From: a virus
Reading direction: 5' to 3' (one strand)
Virus record (IMG/VR): IMGVR_UViG_3300019889_000008
Location: 9,827-73,826 of that record
Length of the DNA: 64,000 bases
Shown here: piece by piece, positions 9,476 to 19,689 of the stretch
Numbering within the stretch: the stretch's first letter is position 1
Layout: every line of letters begins with the position of its first letter
Made by a program: the position numbers and the translations under genes
Notes under the pieces: model-generated
Database searches by the model: none
Told to the model about the DNA's origin: nothing
What the model saw: only the letters and a program-made list of their open reading frames with translations

Positions 9476-12400
9476 ATGGCCAAGGCAATCCCGATCGTCC
9501 TTGGCGTGGCGGCAATCGCCCTCACTGGTGGCGCGGCTATCCCTGGGGTCGCGGTTGGCCTCGGCATGACCGCGGGGATGATGTCGGCGATTGGTGTCGG
9601 GCTTTCGATCGCCGGCACCCTGGCCGCGACGCTCCTGGCGGAGACGCCGCCCAAGCCGCAGATGCAGGAGGGCGACGTCTCGATCCGGCAGGCGATCCCG
9701 CCTCGCGTCCGGCTCTACGGCCGGCAGCGGATCGGCGGGACGATGCTGTATTACGACAGCACCAACGACGGCGATCTGCTCAACCTGATCTGCCACTGCG
9801 CCCACGAGGTCGCCGAGTACGAGGAGGATTGGCTCAACGACGATCGGGTGCAGATCGACGAAAACGGCAACGTCCTAGATGACCCGTGGTGGCAAGAGGG
9901 TTCGTTCGGGGAGGAGGGCAGCAGCACCGTCGTCATCGTCCACAACCTGGGCTCGCCCGACCAAACGATCGGCGACCTACCAGATCCGCCGTGGACCGCG
10001 GAGCATCGCGGTCGCGGCCTCTGCGCCACGCGGGTCAAATATTCGGATCTGAAAGACGAAGACCAACTCAAGGTCTTCCCGAGTGGTCCGCCGCCTTATC
10101 GAGTGGTGCTGAAGGGCGCCAAGATCTTCGATCCGCGAGACGTTGGCCAGACCGCCGGGATCGAGGCAGGCTACCAATGGTCGGACAACGCGGCGCTCGT
10201 GGTCCTGGACTATCTGACCCGAACCGAAAGCGGCATCCCGGTCGGGTTCGGCATCCCGTTCGACCGCATCGATCTCACCAGTTTCACGCTCGCCGCGGAC
10301 GTGTCCGATCAACTGATCCCTATCAAGATCGAGGGCGAGGTCGTGGGTGTCGAGAAGCGGTGGCGCTCCTGGGGAGCCTACGAGCTGACCGAGGACCGCA
10401 AGGACGTCCTGAAAGATCTTCTCGACGCTTGCGCTGGCCGCCTGATCCAAGGCGGAGACGGCAGGATCGGATTGTCGGTCGGCTCCGGACGATATCGGGC
10501 CGAAGTGCTCGATGAATGGACTGTTCCAGATGGCATCCCCGTGTCGTCGGTGACCCTGGACGAAATGCAACTCTACGGGTGGGACCTGACCGAGGGGCGC
10601 CCCGCGATCGAGCGGGTGAACGAGGTCCGCGCGACCTACGTGTCCGAGGCTTGGGAATGGGCCGAGACCGAGGCCGGCATCCAGACCGACGAGGACGGGA
10701 TCGAGCGGAACGGCACCGAAAGCAGCCAGATCAAGCTTCGGTTCGTCCCGTCCGAGAGCCAGGCGCAGAGGGTGGCGCGGGAGGTTCTGCGCCGGGGCAA
10801 TCCGACCTGGACTGGTACGGTCCGCACCACCCTCGCGGGCCTCGACGCCTGGGGTGAGCGCTGGATTACCCTTCAGATCAGCGAACTCGAAATCGACGGG
10901 ATCTTTGAGATCACGGGAATCCGGCTCGATCGCGAGACCATGATGGTCGAGATCGGTGTCGCGTCCTATGACGCGTGGTGGGACTGGACCGCAGAGACCG
11001 ACGAGAAGGCCCCGGCTGTGCCGCCGCCCCTGATGGACGACGACGCCGAGATCCCGGTCCCCGAAAACGTCGTCGTCACGATCGCGCATCGTGCGCTGAA
11101 CAATGGCACCCTTGTGGCAGTCGGCATCATCGCGTGGGACCCGCCGCCGCGCTCGGTCTATGTCGGCAAGGCTCGGTATCGGCCGGTGTCTCCTGCGAAT
11201 GGGCCATGGCAGCCGCTCCCGGTGGCGCAGGATAGCAACCAAGTCGAGACGTTCCCGCTGGAAGACGGCATCGCCTATGAGGCCCAAGTGCGCTTCATCG
11301 GATCGCGCGGTTCCGGCAGCGATTGGTCGACCCCGCCAGCGCTGTTCACCGCGATTGCCGATCCGGTAGCCCCGTCCGCTCCTGTACTCCTGTCCGCCAC
11401 ACCAGCGGGCGCCAACGTCAACCTGTCCGCGACTGCCGCGAACAGCTCGAACCAACGCCTCATTCGGTTCTGGCGCGATAGCGATGCCACCTTTGCGGGC
11501 GCTGTCGACATCAGTGGTGCGATCTGGACCGGCCCGAACGGCATCGCAACCTACACCGATACGCCGGGTCCTGGGGCTTGGCGATATTGGGCGACCGCTG
11601 GCAACTGGAGCGACGTCGACAGCGCACCAATTGGGCCGGAGGCGGTGACGATCACGCCAGCGGCCCCGGTCATCGTCTCGCCGGCCACGCCCTATCTGAC
11701 CAGCGACAACACGCCCACTTACAGCGGCACCGGCCCAAACGGCACCACCGTGCATCTCTACGATGGCGCCACCGATGTCGGATCCATCGCTGTCGTAGCC
11801 GGCGCCTGGAGCATCACCGCGTCGACGCTGGCCGATGGTACGCGCAATGTCACGGCCGAGGCGGTTGCGCCAGGCCCAATCACCAGCGTCGCCAGCAACG
11901 TCGTTGTGACCACGATCGACACGGTGGTGTCGCCGCCGGTCATCACCACGTCGTCGCCGCTGTCGACCACCGACACCACGCCGGACACCAGCGGCACGTC
12001 GGAGCCCAGCGCCTCGATCGCCATGTTCCGCGGCGGCTCGACTCCTGCGGGATCTGCCACCGCGGACGGCGCCGGGGTCTGGACGGCGACGCTCTCGCCG
12101 GCACTGGCGGTTGGCAGTTATAGCATCACCGCCAAGCAGACCGACCTGGCAGGGAATACCTCGGGTGCGTCCTCGGCGCTGATCCTGAACGTAAACCCGC
12201 TGGCGCCAGCGATCAGCACCAGCACCGCGACCATTGGCAACACCAACCCCGTCGTCGCCGGCACGTCCACCGCCTCGGCCAGCATCGGCGTCTATGTCGA
12301 CGGCGTGCTCAACCAAACCGTGGCGGCCGATGGCTCGGGCGCCTGGACGGCGACCCTATCCGGCCTCACCGCCGGGGCGCGCAGCATCACGGCTCGGCAA

Positions 12401-13657
12401 ACTGTCGCCGGCTTGACGTCGGCGGACTCGACGGCGATCACGTTGACCGTCGTCTGGTACGACCCAGATGCGACGATTTCGATCGACTATCCGGGGCAGC
12501 GCTATCGGCTTAACGGTTCCGAGGTTGACGCCTCGGTGTCCGGCTGGGGTGGCCTGTTCACCACCCTGACCACGCCTGCCCAGATCGCCCTCGGGTTGGA
12601 TGGGCAGATGCACTACTGGGCCGCGAACACCCTCCCGATCGTGACCGGTTCCTCGGGCTCGCTGATCCGGCAGCCCACTCGGACCAACAGGCAGACCAAT
12701 TTCAACGTCGCCCCGGTCACCAGCGTGACGACCAACCTGACCATCAGCGGCGGAGCCGGCGGCACGCTCACGGCGGCATCGGATAGCTCTGCCCTGACCA
12801 GCGGGATCTTCGACGCCTCCATGGCGGCGATCATGACCACGGGCAACGCCTTCAAGATCGACAGCACCACGGCGGCCGGCGACGTGCTGGTGACGATCAC
12901 CGGCACCTGCGGGATCACCACCAACTGCTCGTTCCAGATCTGCATGCGGGGCGATAACTGCTCAATCGAGACCAGCAACGCCAGCCCGGCCACGCTCGCG
13001 ACAGTGATCGGCTCGGGCTCGGTCTATCAGCGGATCGCGGTCACATTCGTCCCCGCCGCGATCGGAGATCAGATCGTCATTCGGGTGCCGACCGGGCTGG
13101 TCGTTTGGTTCATCCTCAACTCGCTCGAACAGGGGACCGGAGTCAGCGGCCCGATCGTAGTTGCGGGCGCGAGCGCGACCCGCGGCAGCCCCACGGTTCG
13201 CCGCACCCTTGGTGCCGAGTGGAACGCCACCGAGGGTTATGTGACTTCGAAGGTGCAGCAGATCGCGAACGCCGCGAACGCCGGCTACATCGCCGAAGTT
13301 CGGGCCGCCGACGCGTCTAATCTGCAACGCCTGAAGGCCGCTTCCGCCAGCTCGTTCAGCGGCACCACGATAGTTGCGGCAGTCGCCCAAGCCGCCCCGA
13401 CCATCACCGCGACGGCGGGGGCGACGCACACGATCTGCTATGGCTGGAAGGCCAATGACTATGCCGCCGCCATCGACGGCGGCGCGGCGTCCATCGATAC
13501 CAGCGGCTCGGTCCCGACCGGCTCGCCAGCGGTGCTTGAGGCGATGCGGCCCGACGCCTTCGAATTCTTTGGCCATCACATGCGGCTGAACCTCGGCGTC
13601 ACGAAGCCCGCGAACGTGACCATCCAGGCCAAGAGCGGCTGGACGACCCTGACCTAA
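9476..13657 (+). CDS. Tail tip / host-specificity protein with FN3 and Ig-like repeats
   Basis: 1393 aa; LYGRQRIGG, WSDNAALVVLDYL; repeats such as TDTTPDTSGTSEP..ADGAGVWT..YSITAKQTDLAGNTS. Confidence 0.85.
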   Translation: MAKAIPIVLGVAAIALTGGAAIPGVAVGLGMTAGMMSAIGVGLSIAGTLAATLLAETPPKPQMQEGDVSIRQAIPPRVRLYGRQRIGGTMLYYDSTNDGDLLNLICHCAHEVAEYEEDWLNDDRVQIDENGNVLDDPWWQEGSFGEEGSSTVVIVHNLGSPDQTIGDLPDPPWTAEHRGRGLCATRVKYSDLKDEDQLKVFPSGPPPYRVVLKGAKIFDPRDVGQTAGIEAGYQWSDNAALVVLDYLTRTESGIPVGFGIPFDRIDLTSFTLAADVSDQLIPIKIEGEVVGVEKRWRSWGAYELTEDRKDVLKDLLDACAGRLIQGGDGRIGLSVGSGRYRAEVLDEWTVPDGIPVSSVTLDEMQLYGWDLTEGRPAIERVNEVRATYVSEAWEWAETEAGIQTDEDGIERNGTESSQIKLRFVPSESQAQRVAREVLRRGNPTWTGTVRTTLAGLDAWGERWITLQISELEIDGIFEITGIRLDRETMMVEIGVASYDAWWDWTAETDEKAPAVPPPLMDDDAEIPVPENVVVTIAHRALNNGTLVAVGIIAWDPPPRSVYVGKARYRPVSPANGPWQPLPVAQDSNQVETFPLEDGIAYEAQVRFIGSRGSGSDWSTPPALFTAIADPVAPSAPVLLSATPAGANVNLSATAANSSNQRLIRFWRDSDATFAGAVDISGAIWTGPNGIATYTDTPGPGAWRYWATAGNWSDVDSAPIGPEAVTITPAAPVIVSPATPYLTSDNTPTYSGTGPNGTTVHLYDGATDVGSIAVVAGAWSITASTLADGTRNVTAEAVAPGPITSVASNVVVTTIDTVVSPPVITTSSPLSTTDTTPDTSGTSEPSASIAMFRGGSTPAGSATADGAGVWTATLSPALAVGSYSITAKQTDLAGNTSGASSALILNVNPLAPAISTSTATIGNTNPVVAGTSTASASIGVYVDGVLNQTVAADGSGAWTATLSGLTAGARSITARQTVAGLTSADSTAITLTVVWYDPDATISIDYPGQRYRLNGSEVDASVSGWGGLFTTLTTPAQIALGLDGQMHYWAANTLPIVTGSSGSLIRQPTRTNRQTNFNVAPVTSVTTNLTISGGAGGTLTAASDSSALTSGIFDASMAAIMTTGNAFKIDSTTAAGDVLVTITGTCGITTNCSFQICMRGDNCSIETSNASPATLATVIGSGSVYQRIAVTFVPAAIGDQIVIRVPTGLVVWFILNSLEQGTGVSGPIVVAGASATRGSPTVRRTLGAEWNATEGYVTSKVQQIANAANAGYIAEVRAADASNLQRLKAASASSFSGTTIVAAVAQAAPTITATAGATHTICYGWKANDYAAAIDGGAASIDTSGSVPTGSPAVLEAMRPDAFEFFGHHMRLNLGVTKPANVTIQAKSGWTTLT

Positions 13658-13718
13658 CGCGCTCGGCGCCGCCCTGCGTCTTCCGAAATCACGCCAATCC
13701 CCACGGAGATGCCCGATT

Positions 13719-15785
13719 ATGGCAATCCCGACTGCTGACCAGATCTGGAAGGATTTCGATCCGGAAGGAAATCCGCACGAGCCGATCAAGGAGGAGATCC
13801 GGCGCTACCTGAATTTCGTGTTCGCGCTCGCCACTGCGGCCGGGATGAAGACGTATCCCACCAAGGCGGCGATGGATGCGGATACGACCCAACCGGATGG
13901 CATGCCGGCTCTGCTCTATGCCGACCCGGTTGCCGCGAACAACTTCCCGACCGTCTGGGTCTGGAATGACGCATCAAACATCTGGATCGCAGGTGTCGAT
14001 CGGATTGCCGAAGTCAAGGCCACGGCGGACGACGCCAGCGCAAAGGTCAACCCGCTCGCCGCGGCAATGACGATCGTTCCGACGAACATCGTCAACTTTG
14101 TCGCCGGGTTGAACCTCGGCGAGGTCATGCAGCGGCTGATCGCGTCCCCGGTCTACAGTTACTTCGTCAGCAATCAGATCGATGGAGTCTTCCACGGCGC
14201 GCGGCTCGACGGCGATTACGAGTTCATGGGGCTCAAGTTCCGGGTGGTCCGGTCGCCCTATCCGATCTTCGTCACCAACGAGCAAGGCGAGCCGGTCTGG
14301 ATGCTGGGGGACGATGGCTTCCCGCTCGGCGGCCTCACGCCGGACCAGGAGGCCGAAGTCCAGACGATGATCGACGCCTCTGGCGGTGGCGCCTCGGATG
14401 CGACGTTGACTCCGGTCTACCTGGACGCGGGCAAGCTCTACGAGGTCGATGCGGACGGCCCGAGCCTCGTGCTCGACCCGGCGCCGTATGCCTTCAGCCG
14501 CAGCGCGGTCAGGGACGCCGATCGGACGGTCACGGTCACGAACCGGCCCTTCATCTCCGCCACCGAGACGGCTGTCGCGGTCGATCAGGGGCTCGGCCTG
14601 GCGGTGCCGGCCTCCCCGAAGATCCTCAACATCTGCCCCGGCACCGGGCAGAGCCTCTTGGTCGGCTTCCAGGGCAACCCGCTCACGCTGGGCCTGACCA
14701 ATCCCTATCCCGAGAAGATCCTCAAAGGGCTCGGGCTCGATGTCCGGCTCGGGCTCGCCTCCGACGCCGGGACGAACCCGGTCTTCAATCCGGCGGTGCT
14801 GACCGACTTCGATCCGCTGATCTCGATGACCGGCACCGGCGGTTCCGCCTTCGGGGTGACCGTGTTCGAGGGCATGGGCCCCGGCATGCTGGCGCCGCTC
14901 GACGAGGCGATCGGCCTCACGCCGCGCCACCTGTTCATGGCGATCGGCCGGGGCGGGCAGCCCTACTCGACGATCAGGAAGGGCACGAACTGCTACGCCA
15001 ACATCATCGCTGCGGCGACCAAAGCCTGCGCCCTGGCCGTGGCGAAGGGATGGGTGCCCTTTATCCCGTTCGTGACGATCGTCCACGGCGAGGCCGATGG
15101 CGCCAGCCTGACGTATTACGACGATCTCATCGAGTGGCAGGACGACCTCAACACCGACCTGAAGGCCATCACCGGCCAAGCGGCCGACATCTTCTTCCTC
15201 ATCAGTCAGCCCTCCGCCTTCAGCGCCGGCAATCACCTATCCGGCCTGGCCATGGTCAAGGCCATGGAGGACTTCCCGGATCTGTTCACGGTCGCCGCGC
15301 CGAACTACCAGTTCCGCACCCTCTACGATGCCGACCTAACCCATCTGACCGGGCCGGGCTACTACGCCCTCGGGCGCGACTACCTCGCCCGTGCCGCCCT
15401 CCAGCAGGCTTACGGCGGCGGGTGGCGTCCGCTCTGGCCGATCCGCGCGGACGCGACCTGGGATGGGACCACGCTCACCGTGCCGTTCAACGTCCCGGTC
15501 GGGCCGCTGGTGCTCGACACGGTCACGCTCCCCGATCCCGGCTCCTACGGATTCAAGGCCGTTGATGGCAGCGGCGATTTCCCGATCCTGACGGCGGCCC
15601 TCGCCGCCGGAAATACCGCGATGGCGTTCACCTTCACCCGCGCCAAGTCAGGCGCCGCCACGCTGCAATATGCCCTGACCGGTTACGGCATGCCGAAAGT
15701 GCTCGCCGATCAGCCGCGCGGGAACCTGCGCGACAGCGCACCCGGCGCCCCGAACTGGTCCCTCCATTTCGACCTCGCGTTCTAA
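13719..15785 (+). CDS. Tail spike/fibre with SGNH-hydrolase (acetylesterase-like) domain
   Basis: GTGQSL, GRGG, VHGEAD and DLTHL blocks. Confidence 0.6.
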   Translation: MAIPTADQIWKDFDPEGNPHEPIKEEIRRYLNFVFALATAAGMKTYPTKAAMDADTTQPDGMPALLYADPVAANNFPTVWVWNDASNIWIAGVDRIAEVKATADDASAKVNPLAAAMTIVPTNIVNFVAGLNLGEVMQRLIASPVYSYFVSNQIDGVFHGARLDGDYEFMGLKFRVVRSPYPIFVTNEQGEPVWMLGDDGFPLGGLTPDQEAEVQTMIDASGGGASDATLTPVYLDAGKLYEVDADGPSLVLDPAPYAFSRSAVRDADRTVTVTNRPFISATETAVAVDQGLGLAVPASPKILNICPGTGQSLLVGFQGNPLTLGLTNPYPEKILKGLGLDVRLGLASDAGTNPVFNPAVLTDFDPLISMTGTGGSAFGVTVFEGMGPGMLAPLDEAIGLTPRHLFMAIGRGGQPYSTIRKGTNCYANIIAAATKACALAVAKGWVPFIPFVTIVHGEADGASLTYYDDLIEWQDDLNTDLKAITGQAADIFFLISQPSAFSAGNHLSGLAMVKAMEDFPDLFTVAAPNYQFRTLYDADLTHLTGPGYYALGRDYLARAALQQAYGGGWRPLWPIRADATWDGTTLTVPFNVPVGPLVLDTVTLPDPGSYGFKAVDGSGDFPILTAALAAGNTAMAFTFTRAKSGAATLQYALTGYGMPKVLADQPRGNLRDSAPGAPNWSLHFDLAF

Positions 15786-15801
15786 TTAAGGAGCCCCAAG
15801 C

Positions 15802-16542
15802 ATGGCGCTGCATCCCCTTGCCTTGCAGATCATTGCCCCGCAGGCGACGCCCCGGCCCGGCCTGCCGTCGCCGTTCGGCACGAGCGCGCTGACCGGCTTC
15901 TCCGGTGCCCTGGCCGTGTTCGACATGCTCTCGGAAGGAGATCTCACTGGGAACGGCTACCGGCTGCTCGGCGATTATGAGCTGACCAGTACGGGCCTGC
16001 TGCTGCCGGGCGGCGTCTCCGGTCTCAGCATCGGGCTCGTGCCGCCTTCGGGCAGTTACACGATGTGCATCGCGGCCAAGGCGGCGGCCGATGCTGCCGC
16101 GGACGGCTTCTTCGTCTCCTGCCTCGACACCGATGGCAATGTCGGAGCCGGCATCCGCTACGTGATCAGCACCACGAATGTGCAGGGCCAAGTGTTGCAG
16201 GCCAGCGGCACCGCGCTCACGACCACGACCGCGGTGACCAGGGCACTCGACACGTGGTTTGCAGTGTGCTTCCGCACCAACTCGGCCCTCGCCCCGCCGA
16301 GCAACATCGGCTTCATGCTGTCGAATACCTCTGGCATCTCCGCCACCGCCACGGTCGGCGCCCTCAACACGCCGACGAAGAACTTCCGGATCGGTGACGG
16401 CTGGACGGCCACCAAGGGCGTCAAGGGCACCCTCGGCATGCTCGCGATCTATGATGGATTGAAGAGCCAAGGCGACATGGCGGCGATCATCGCCGCCATG
16501 CGCTCAGAGATGGCCACGAAACACGGCGTCACGATCCCTTAA
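15802..16542 (+). CDS. Beta-rich (LamG/lectin-like) virion protein
   Basis: DTWFAV..NFRIG..GTLGMLAIYD pattern. Confidence 0.45.
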   Translation: MALHPLALQIIAPQATPRPGLPSPFGTSALTGFSGALAVFDMLSEGDLTGNGYRLLGDYELTSTGLLLPGGVSGLSIGLVPPSGSYTMCIAAKAAADAAADGFFVSCLDTDGNVGAGIRYVISTTNVQGQVLQASGTALTTTTAVTRALDTWFAVCFRTNSALAPPSNIGFMLSNTSGISATATVGALNTPTKNFRIGDGWTATKGVKGTLGMLAIYDGLKSQGDMAAIIAAMRSEMATKHGVTIP

Positions 16543-16842
16543 CCGGGGCGTGGCGCCCGGTCACACCGCCGGGCAAGAGCCCTCTACTGGCGCCGGGGCG
16601 AGGCTCAAGTAAGCGGCGAATTTCTGCTGCTCGCAATCTGTTCCGGTCGATAACCCCCATGCGGTTCCCACGAGTAGGGCAAGCGCAAAGGCGATGCCGG
16701 CGAGTAGAGGGTTCAACGTGATCTCCATCAATGCTTAATCGACTATTCGTGTGGCGCGCCACTAGGCGCGGGTCTGACAATATGGCCTCCCAAAAGACGA
16801 GTCCAGACCAGACCCAAGCGGAAACTCATAAGCGGGTCCAAA

Positions 16843-17151
16843 ATGTCCGACCATGAAGACGGGCCACGCTACTCTATGCGCCGCGCCAGCGACTTGCCCG
16901 AGATCCGTGATCTTGTTCGTGAGGTGCAGGAACTCAGCCGCCGGGTCACGATCATCGAGACCAAGCTGGACCTATCGCTTCAGCGGGTGAATGAGGCGCT
17001 CGCCGATCTCCGGACCGACGTGGCCGGCTGCGCGACCAAGGAGCAACTCAAGCCCGCGGTCTGGCTCTTGGGGATCATCGGGTCGACCGGTGTCGGCGCC
17101 TTCGTCCTGACCTTGTGGAATCTGGTGCTCAAGCGGGGCGGTGGCCCATGA
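16843..17151 (+). CDS. Coiled-coil membrane protein (lysis region)
   Basis: Heptad region plus C-terminal TM helix. Confidence 0.5.
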   Translation: MSDHEDGPRYSMRRASDLPEIRDLVREVQELSRRVTIIETKLDLSLQRVNEALADLRTDVAGCATKEQLKPAVWLLGIIGSTGVGAFVLTLWNLVLKRGGGP

Positions 17152-17690
17152 ATGGTCGCGTGTCGGTCCCCTGGTATCGGCAGCCCCTGTGGTGGCTGAC
17201 GATCATCGTCGGGCTGCCCATGGCGGCTGCCATGTCCATGATGCTCTGGGCCCTGATCGACCGCGCCCCGCCCGCGGTCTACAGGGGGCTCAATGCCGGC
17301 GCCTACGACCCGGCGACCCGCATCCTGTCGCTGCAATGGATCGTCCATCGATACCGCTACTGCCCAGGGGTGTTGACCCGCTCGATCGAGGCGGATGTCG
17401 GCGGGACGATCAGTTTGCCGTCCGTCGTCATTGATCCGGACGCGATGACACCAGAGGTCCGCGCCGCGCGGATCGGAACGACCTACATCGGTGGGACCAA
17501 TCTCATCGAGATCCCCCCCACTGTCGGCGGCACGATCAAACTGACGACAGTCCCCCGGTTTGCCTGCTCGCCGTTTCAGGTTTTTGCCCCGATCGAGGCG
17601 GCGGTGCCCTCGATCGTCTTCACGCTGCCGGACCCTGAGTCCTGGCCTGGCGGCGGCCTGCCTGTTCAGGTAGCGCCGATCCCGGAGTGA
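17148..17690 (+). CDS. Membrane-anchored hypothetical protein
   Basis: N-terminal TM; ATGA-type overlaps with both neighbours. Confidence 0.5.
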   Translation: MNGRVSVPWYRQPLWWLTIIVGLPMAAAMSMMLWALIDRAPPAVYRGLNAGAYDPATRILSLQWIVHRYRYCPGVLTRSIEADVGGTISLPSVVIDPDAMTPEVRAARIGTTYIGGTNLIEIPPTVGGTIKLTTVPRFACSPFQVFAPIEAAVPSIVFTLPDPESWPGGGLPVQVAPIPE

Positions 17691-18076
17691 TCATGGCGAC
17701 CACACCGCGCGAGACATCGAGCCGAGCCTTCGACCGTGGGCGCGAGGCCGGGGAGATAGCTGGTCAGATCTCGGCGCGGCTGGAGGGCCACGATCGGCAT
17801 TTCGAGGCCATCAATGGATCGATCGCGAAGGTGGCGGCCGAACTGCACGTCATCACTCTGACCATGCAGCGGCTCGCGGATCAGGCGGCGGCGCGGGATG
17901 CGACCACTGTCGCGACATCCCAGGCCCGACGAGATGCCGGCGAGGCCCAGCGATACACCGCGGCCGACAACTGGTCACGGTGGCAGAAGGTCTTCGCCGT
18001 CCTGGCCGCGATCGGCGTTGTGGTCGGCGCCGTGGCCGCCCTGTGGGTCTTCGGGACGCCGCGCCCCATCCCATAG
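17687..18076 (+). CDS. Coiled-coil membrane protein
   Basis: RLEGHDRHFEAINGSI followed by C-terminal TM. Confidence 0.5.
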   Translation: MIMATTPRETSSRAFDRGREAGEIAGQISARLEGHDRHFEAINGSIAKVAAELHVITLTMQRLADQAAARDATTVATSQARRDAGEAQRYTAADNWSRWQKVFAVLAAIGVVVGAVAALWVFGTPRPIP

Positions 18077-18088
18077 ATCGAGGCTTAC

Positions 18089-18799
18089 ATGATCTCTGCC
18101 GAGATGCTGCGCGCCCTGTGCCCACAGGGCGCGGAGACCGTCATTGCCGGCCTGGCGCGATCGTTCGATCTGCTGTTGCCGGCCTTCACCCTCTCGACGC
18201 CGCTCCGCCAGGCGCACTTCGTGGCCCAGGCCGCGGTCGAGACAGCCTACTTCCGGACCCTGCGCGAGTACGGCACCGGCCAGCGCTATGCCCCCTATAT
18301 CGGCCGCGGGCCGGGCCAACTGACGTGGGAGGCCAACTACGTCGACATGGGCCGCCGCCTGGAACTGCCGCTCAAGGCGCAGCCCCAGCTGGTCGAGGAG
18401 CCCGCGCTCGGCACGCTGGTCTTCCTGATCTACTGGATGCACCACGGCCTCAACCGCTACGCCGACGAGGACGATGGCCGGGCGATCTCGCGCGCCATCA
18501 ACCGCGGTTCCGCGGCTTCCGACAAGCCGGCGAACGCAGAGAGCGAGCGCCTAGCGATGGCCGAGACGGCCAAGGCCCTGCTCGGCGCCAGCAAGCCAAC
18601 GCGCACCATCAAGGCCCTCCAGGCGGCGCTCAATCGGCTCGGCGCGCAACCCAAGCTTTCGCTCGATGGTATCGCCGGCCCAGCGACCGAGGCCGCGGTG
18701 CTTTGGTTTCAGGCGGAGCGCGGCTTGGCGGTGGACGGCAACGCCGGGCCGGGGACCTGGGCTGCCATCGACGACGCCCTCGCCGAACTCGACGCCTAG
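18089..18799 (+). CDS. Endolysin: GH19 domain plus peptidoglycan-binding domain
   Basis: RQAHFVAQAAVET, YIGRGPGQLTWEANY, LQAALN..DGIAGPAT..FQ..GLAVDGNAGPGTW. Confidence 0.92.
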   Translation: MISAEMLRALCPQGAETVIAGLARSFDLLLPAFTLSTPLRQAHFVAQAAVETAYFRTLREYGTGQRYAPYIGRGPGQLTWEANYVDMGRRLELPLKAQPQLVEEPALGTLVFLIYWMHHGLNRYADEDDGRAISRAINRGSAASDKPANAESERLAMAETAKALLGASKPTRTIKALQAALNRLGAQPKLSLDGIAGPATEAAVLWFQAERGLAVDGNAGPGTWAAIDDALAELDA

Positions 18800-18814
18800 G
18801 AATGGAGCGCCTCA

Positions 18815-19000
18815 ATGGCCCCTCTCCCGATGCTTGCCAATCTCATAGCGGCGGTGATCGCCGTCGCGCTTTTGGTGTGGCTTATCAAGCAGATACCGAT
18901 CGACCAATGGGTCAAGAGCGCTCTCTACGTGCTGCTCGTGGTTCTGCTGCTGCTGTGGCTGCTCTCGATCTTCCCGATCGTGCAACCCGTCATCCAGTGA
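18815..19000 (+). CDS. Small two-TM membrane protein (holin-associated)
   Basis: 61 aa, two hydrophobic helices separated by QIPID. Confidence 0.6.
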   Translation: MAPLPMLANLIAAVIAVALLVWLIKQIPIDQWVKSALYVLLVVLLLLWLLSIFPIVQPVIQ

Positions 19001-19008
19001 GGTGATCC

Positions 19009-19197
19009 ATGGACTTCGGCAAGATCTCGAAGGCAATAGCTGGCGCTCTCGCTGCCGGCTTGGGTGGCGCCGGTACGACTGCGGTCGTGATCCCCGATGG
19101 CGTGGCGATGCCATGGTACGGCTACGTCATTGTCGGAGCGATCAACGCTGTGTTCGGTTTCGTGGTGGTCTACTTCGCACCGCGGAACACGGCTTGA
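19009..19197 (+). CDS. Putative holin
   Basis: 62 aa, KAIAGALAA..VVYFAPRN, two TMs, follows endolysin. Confidence 0.6.
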   Translation: MDFGKISKAIAGALAAGLGGAGTTAVVIPDGVAMPWYGYVIVGAINAVFGFVVVYFAPRNTA

Positions 19198-19198
19198 T

Positions 19199-19435
19199 CT
19201 AGCGTTGGATGGGCCGCCGTCTTCCGGATCGTAAGCCCCGTTCGAACTCTCCTAGAGCGGCTTTGCGCTCTGCCACCAACTCCCTGAGCCTTGGGACGTT
19301 CGATTCGGGCACCTCGCCCAGGACTTTCCACTTGTAGATTGTCCGACGATTGACCCCCAGAGCCCGAGCGGCCGGAATTATCCAGTTGTCACCGAAAAGG
19401 AGCGCCCCAGCCTGCTCAAAGTAATCGAAATCCAT
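19199..19435 (-). CDS. Small HTH transcriptional regulator
   Basis: AARALGVNRRTIYKW HTH; GGAG upstream. Confidence 0.75.
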   Translation of the reverse strand: MDFDYFEQAGALLFGDNWIIPAARALGVNRRTIYKWKVLGEVPESNVPRLRELVAERKAALGEFERGLRSGRRRPIQR

Positions 19436-19459
19436 GTGCAACTCCGTTAGAGACGAATC

Positions 19460-19490
19460 GCCCCGGTCTTCTTGGCCGGGGCTTTTTTTT
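19460..19490 (+). terminator. Rho-independent terminator of late operon
   Basis: GCCCCGG/CCGGGGC stem followed by T8. Confidence 0.85.
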
Positions 19491-19558
19491 GCGCGCGTGA
19501 TCCGGCGGATTCCCAGGTCTTTGGCGCGCTCATGTTTCCGGGATCGAAGTGACATAAG

Positions 19559-19689
19559 GGGCACCACTATGAGACCAAGGGGGCACACTCTCGCGCCCGG
19601 CACCTTAGCAAAGAATGTCGCAGGTTTGTACTAGCTTAATGAGCGGGCTTACCCCCCAAGGACTACTAGAGGGGCACATGGCCGTGCCC
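19559..19689. promoter_or_regulatory. GGGCAC-N6-GTGCCC operator-like palindromes
   Basis: Perfect copy 19672-19689; 1-mismatch copy 19581-19598; 2-mismatch copy 19559-19576. Confidence 0.55.
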
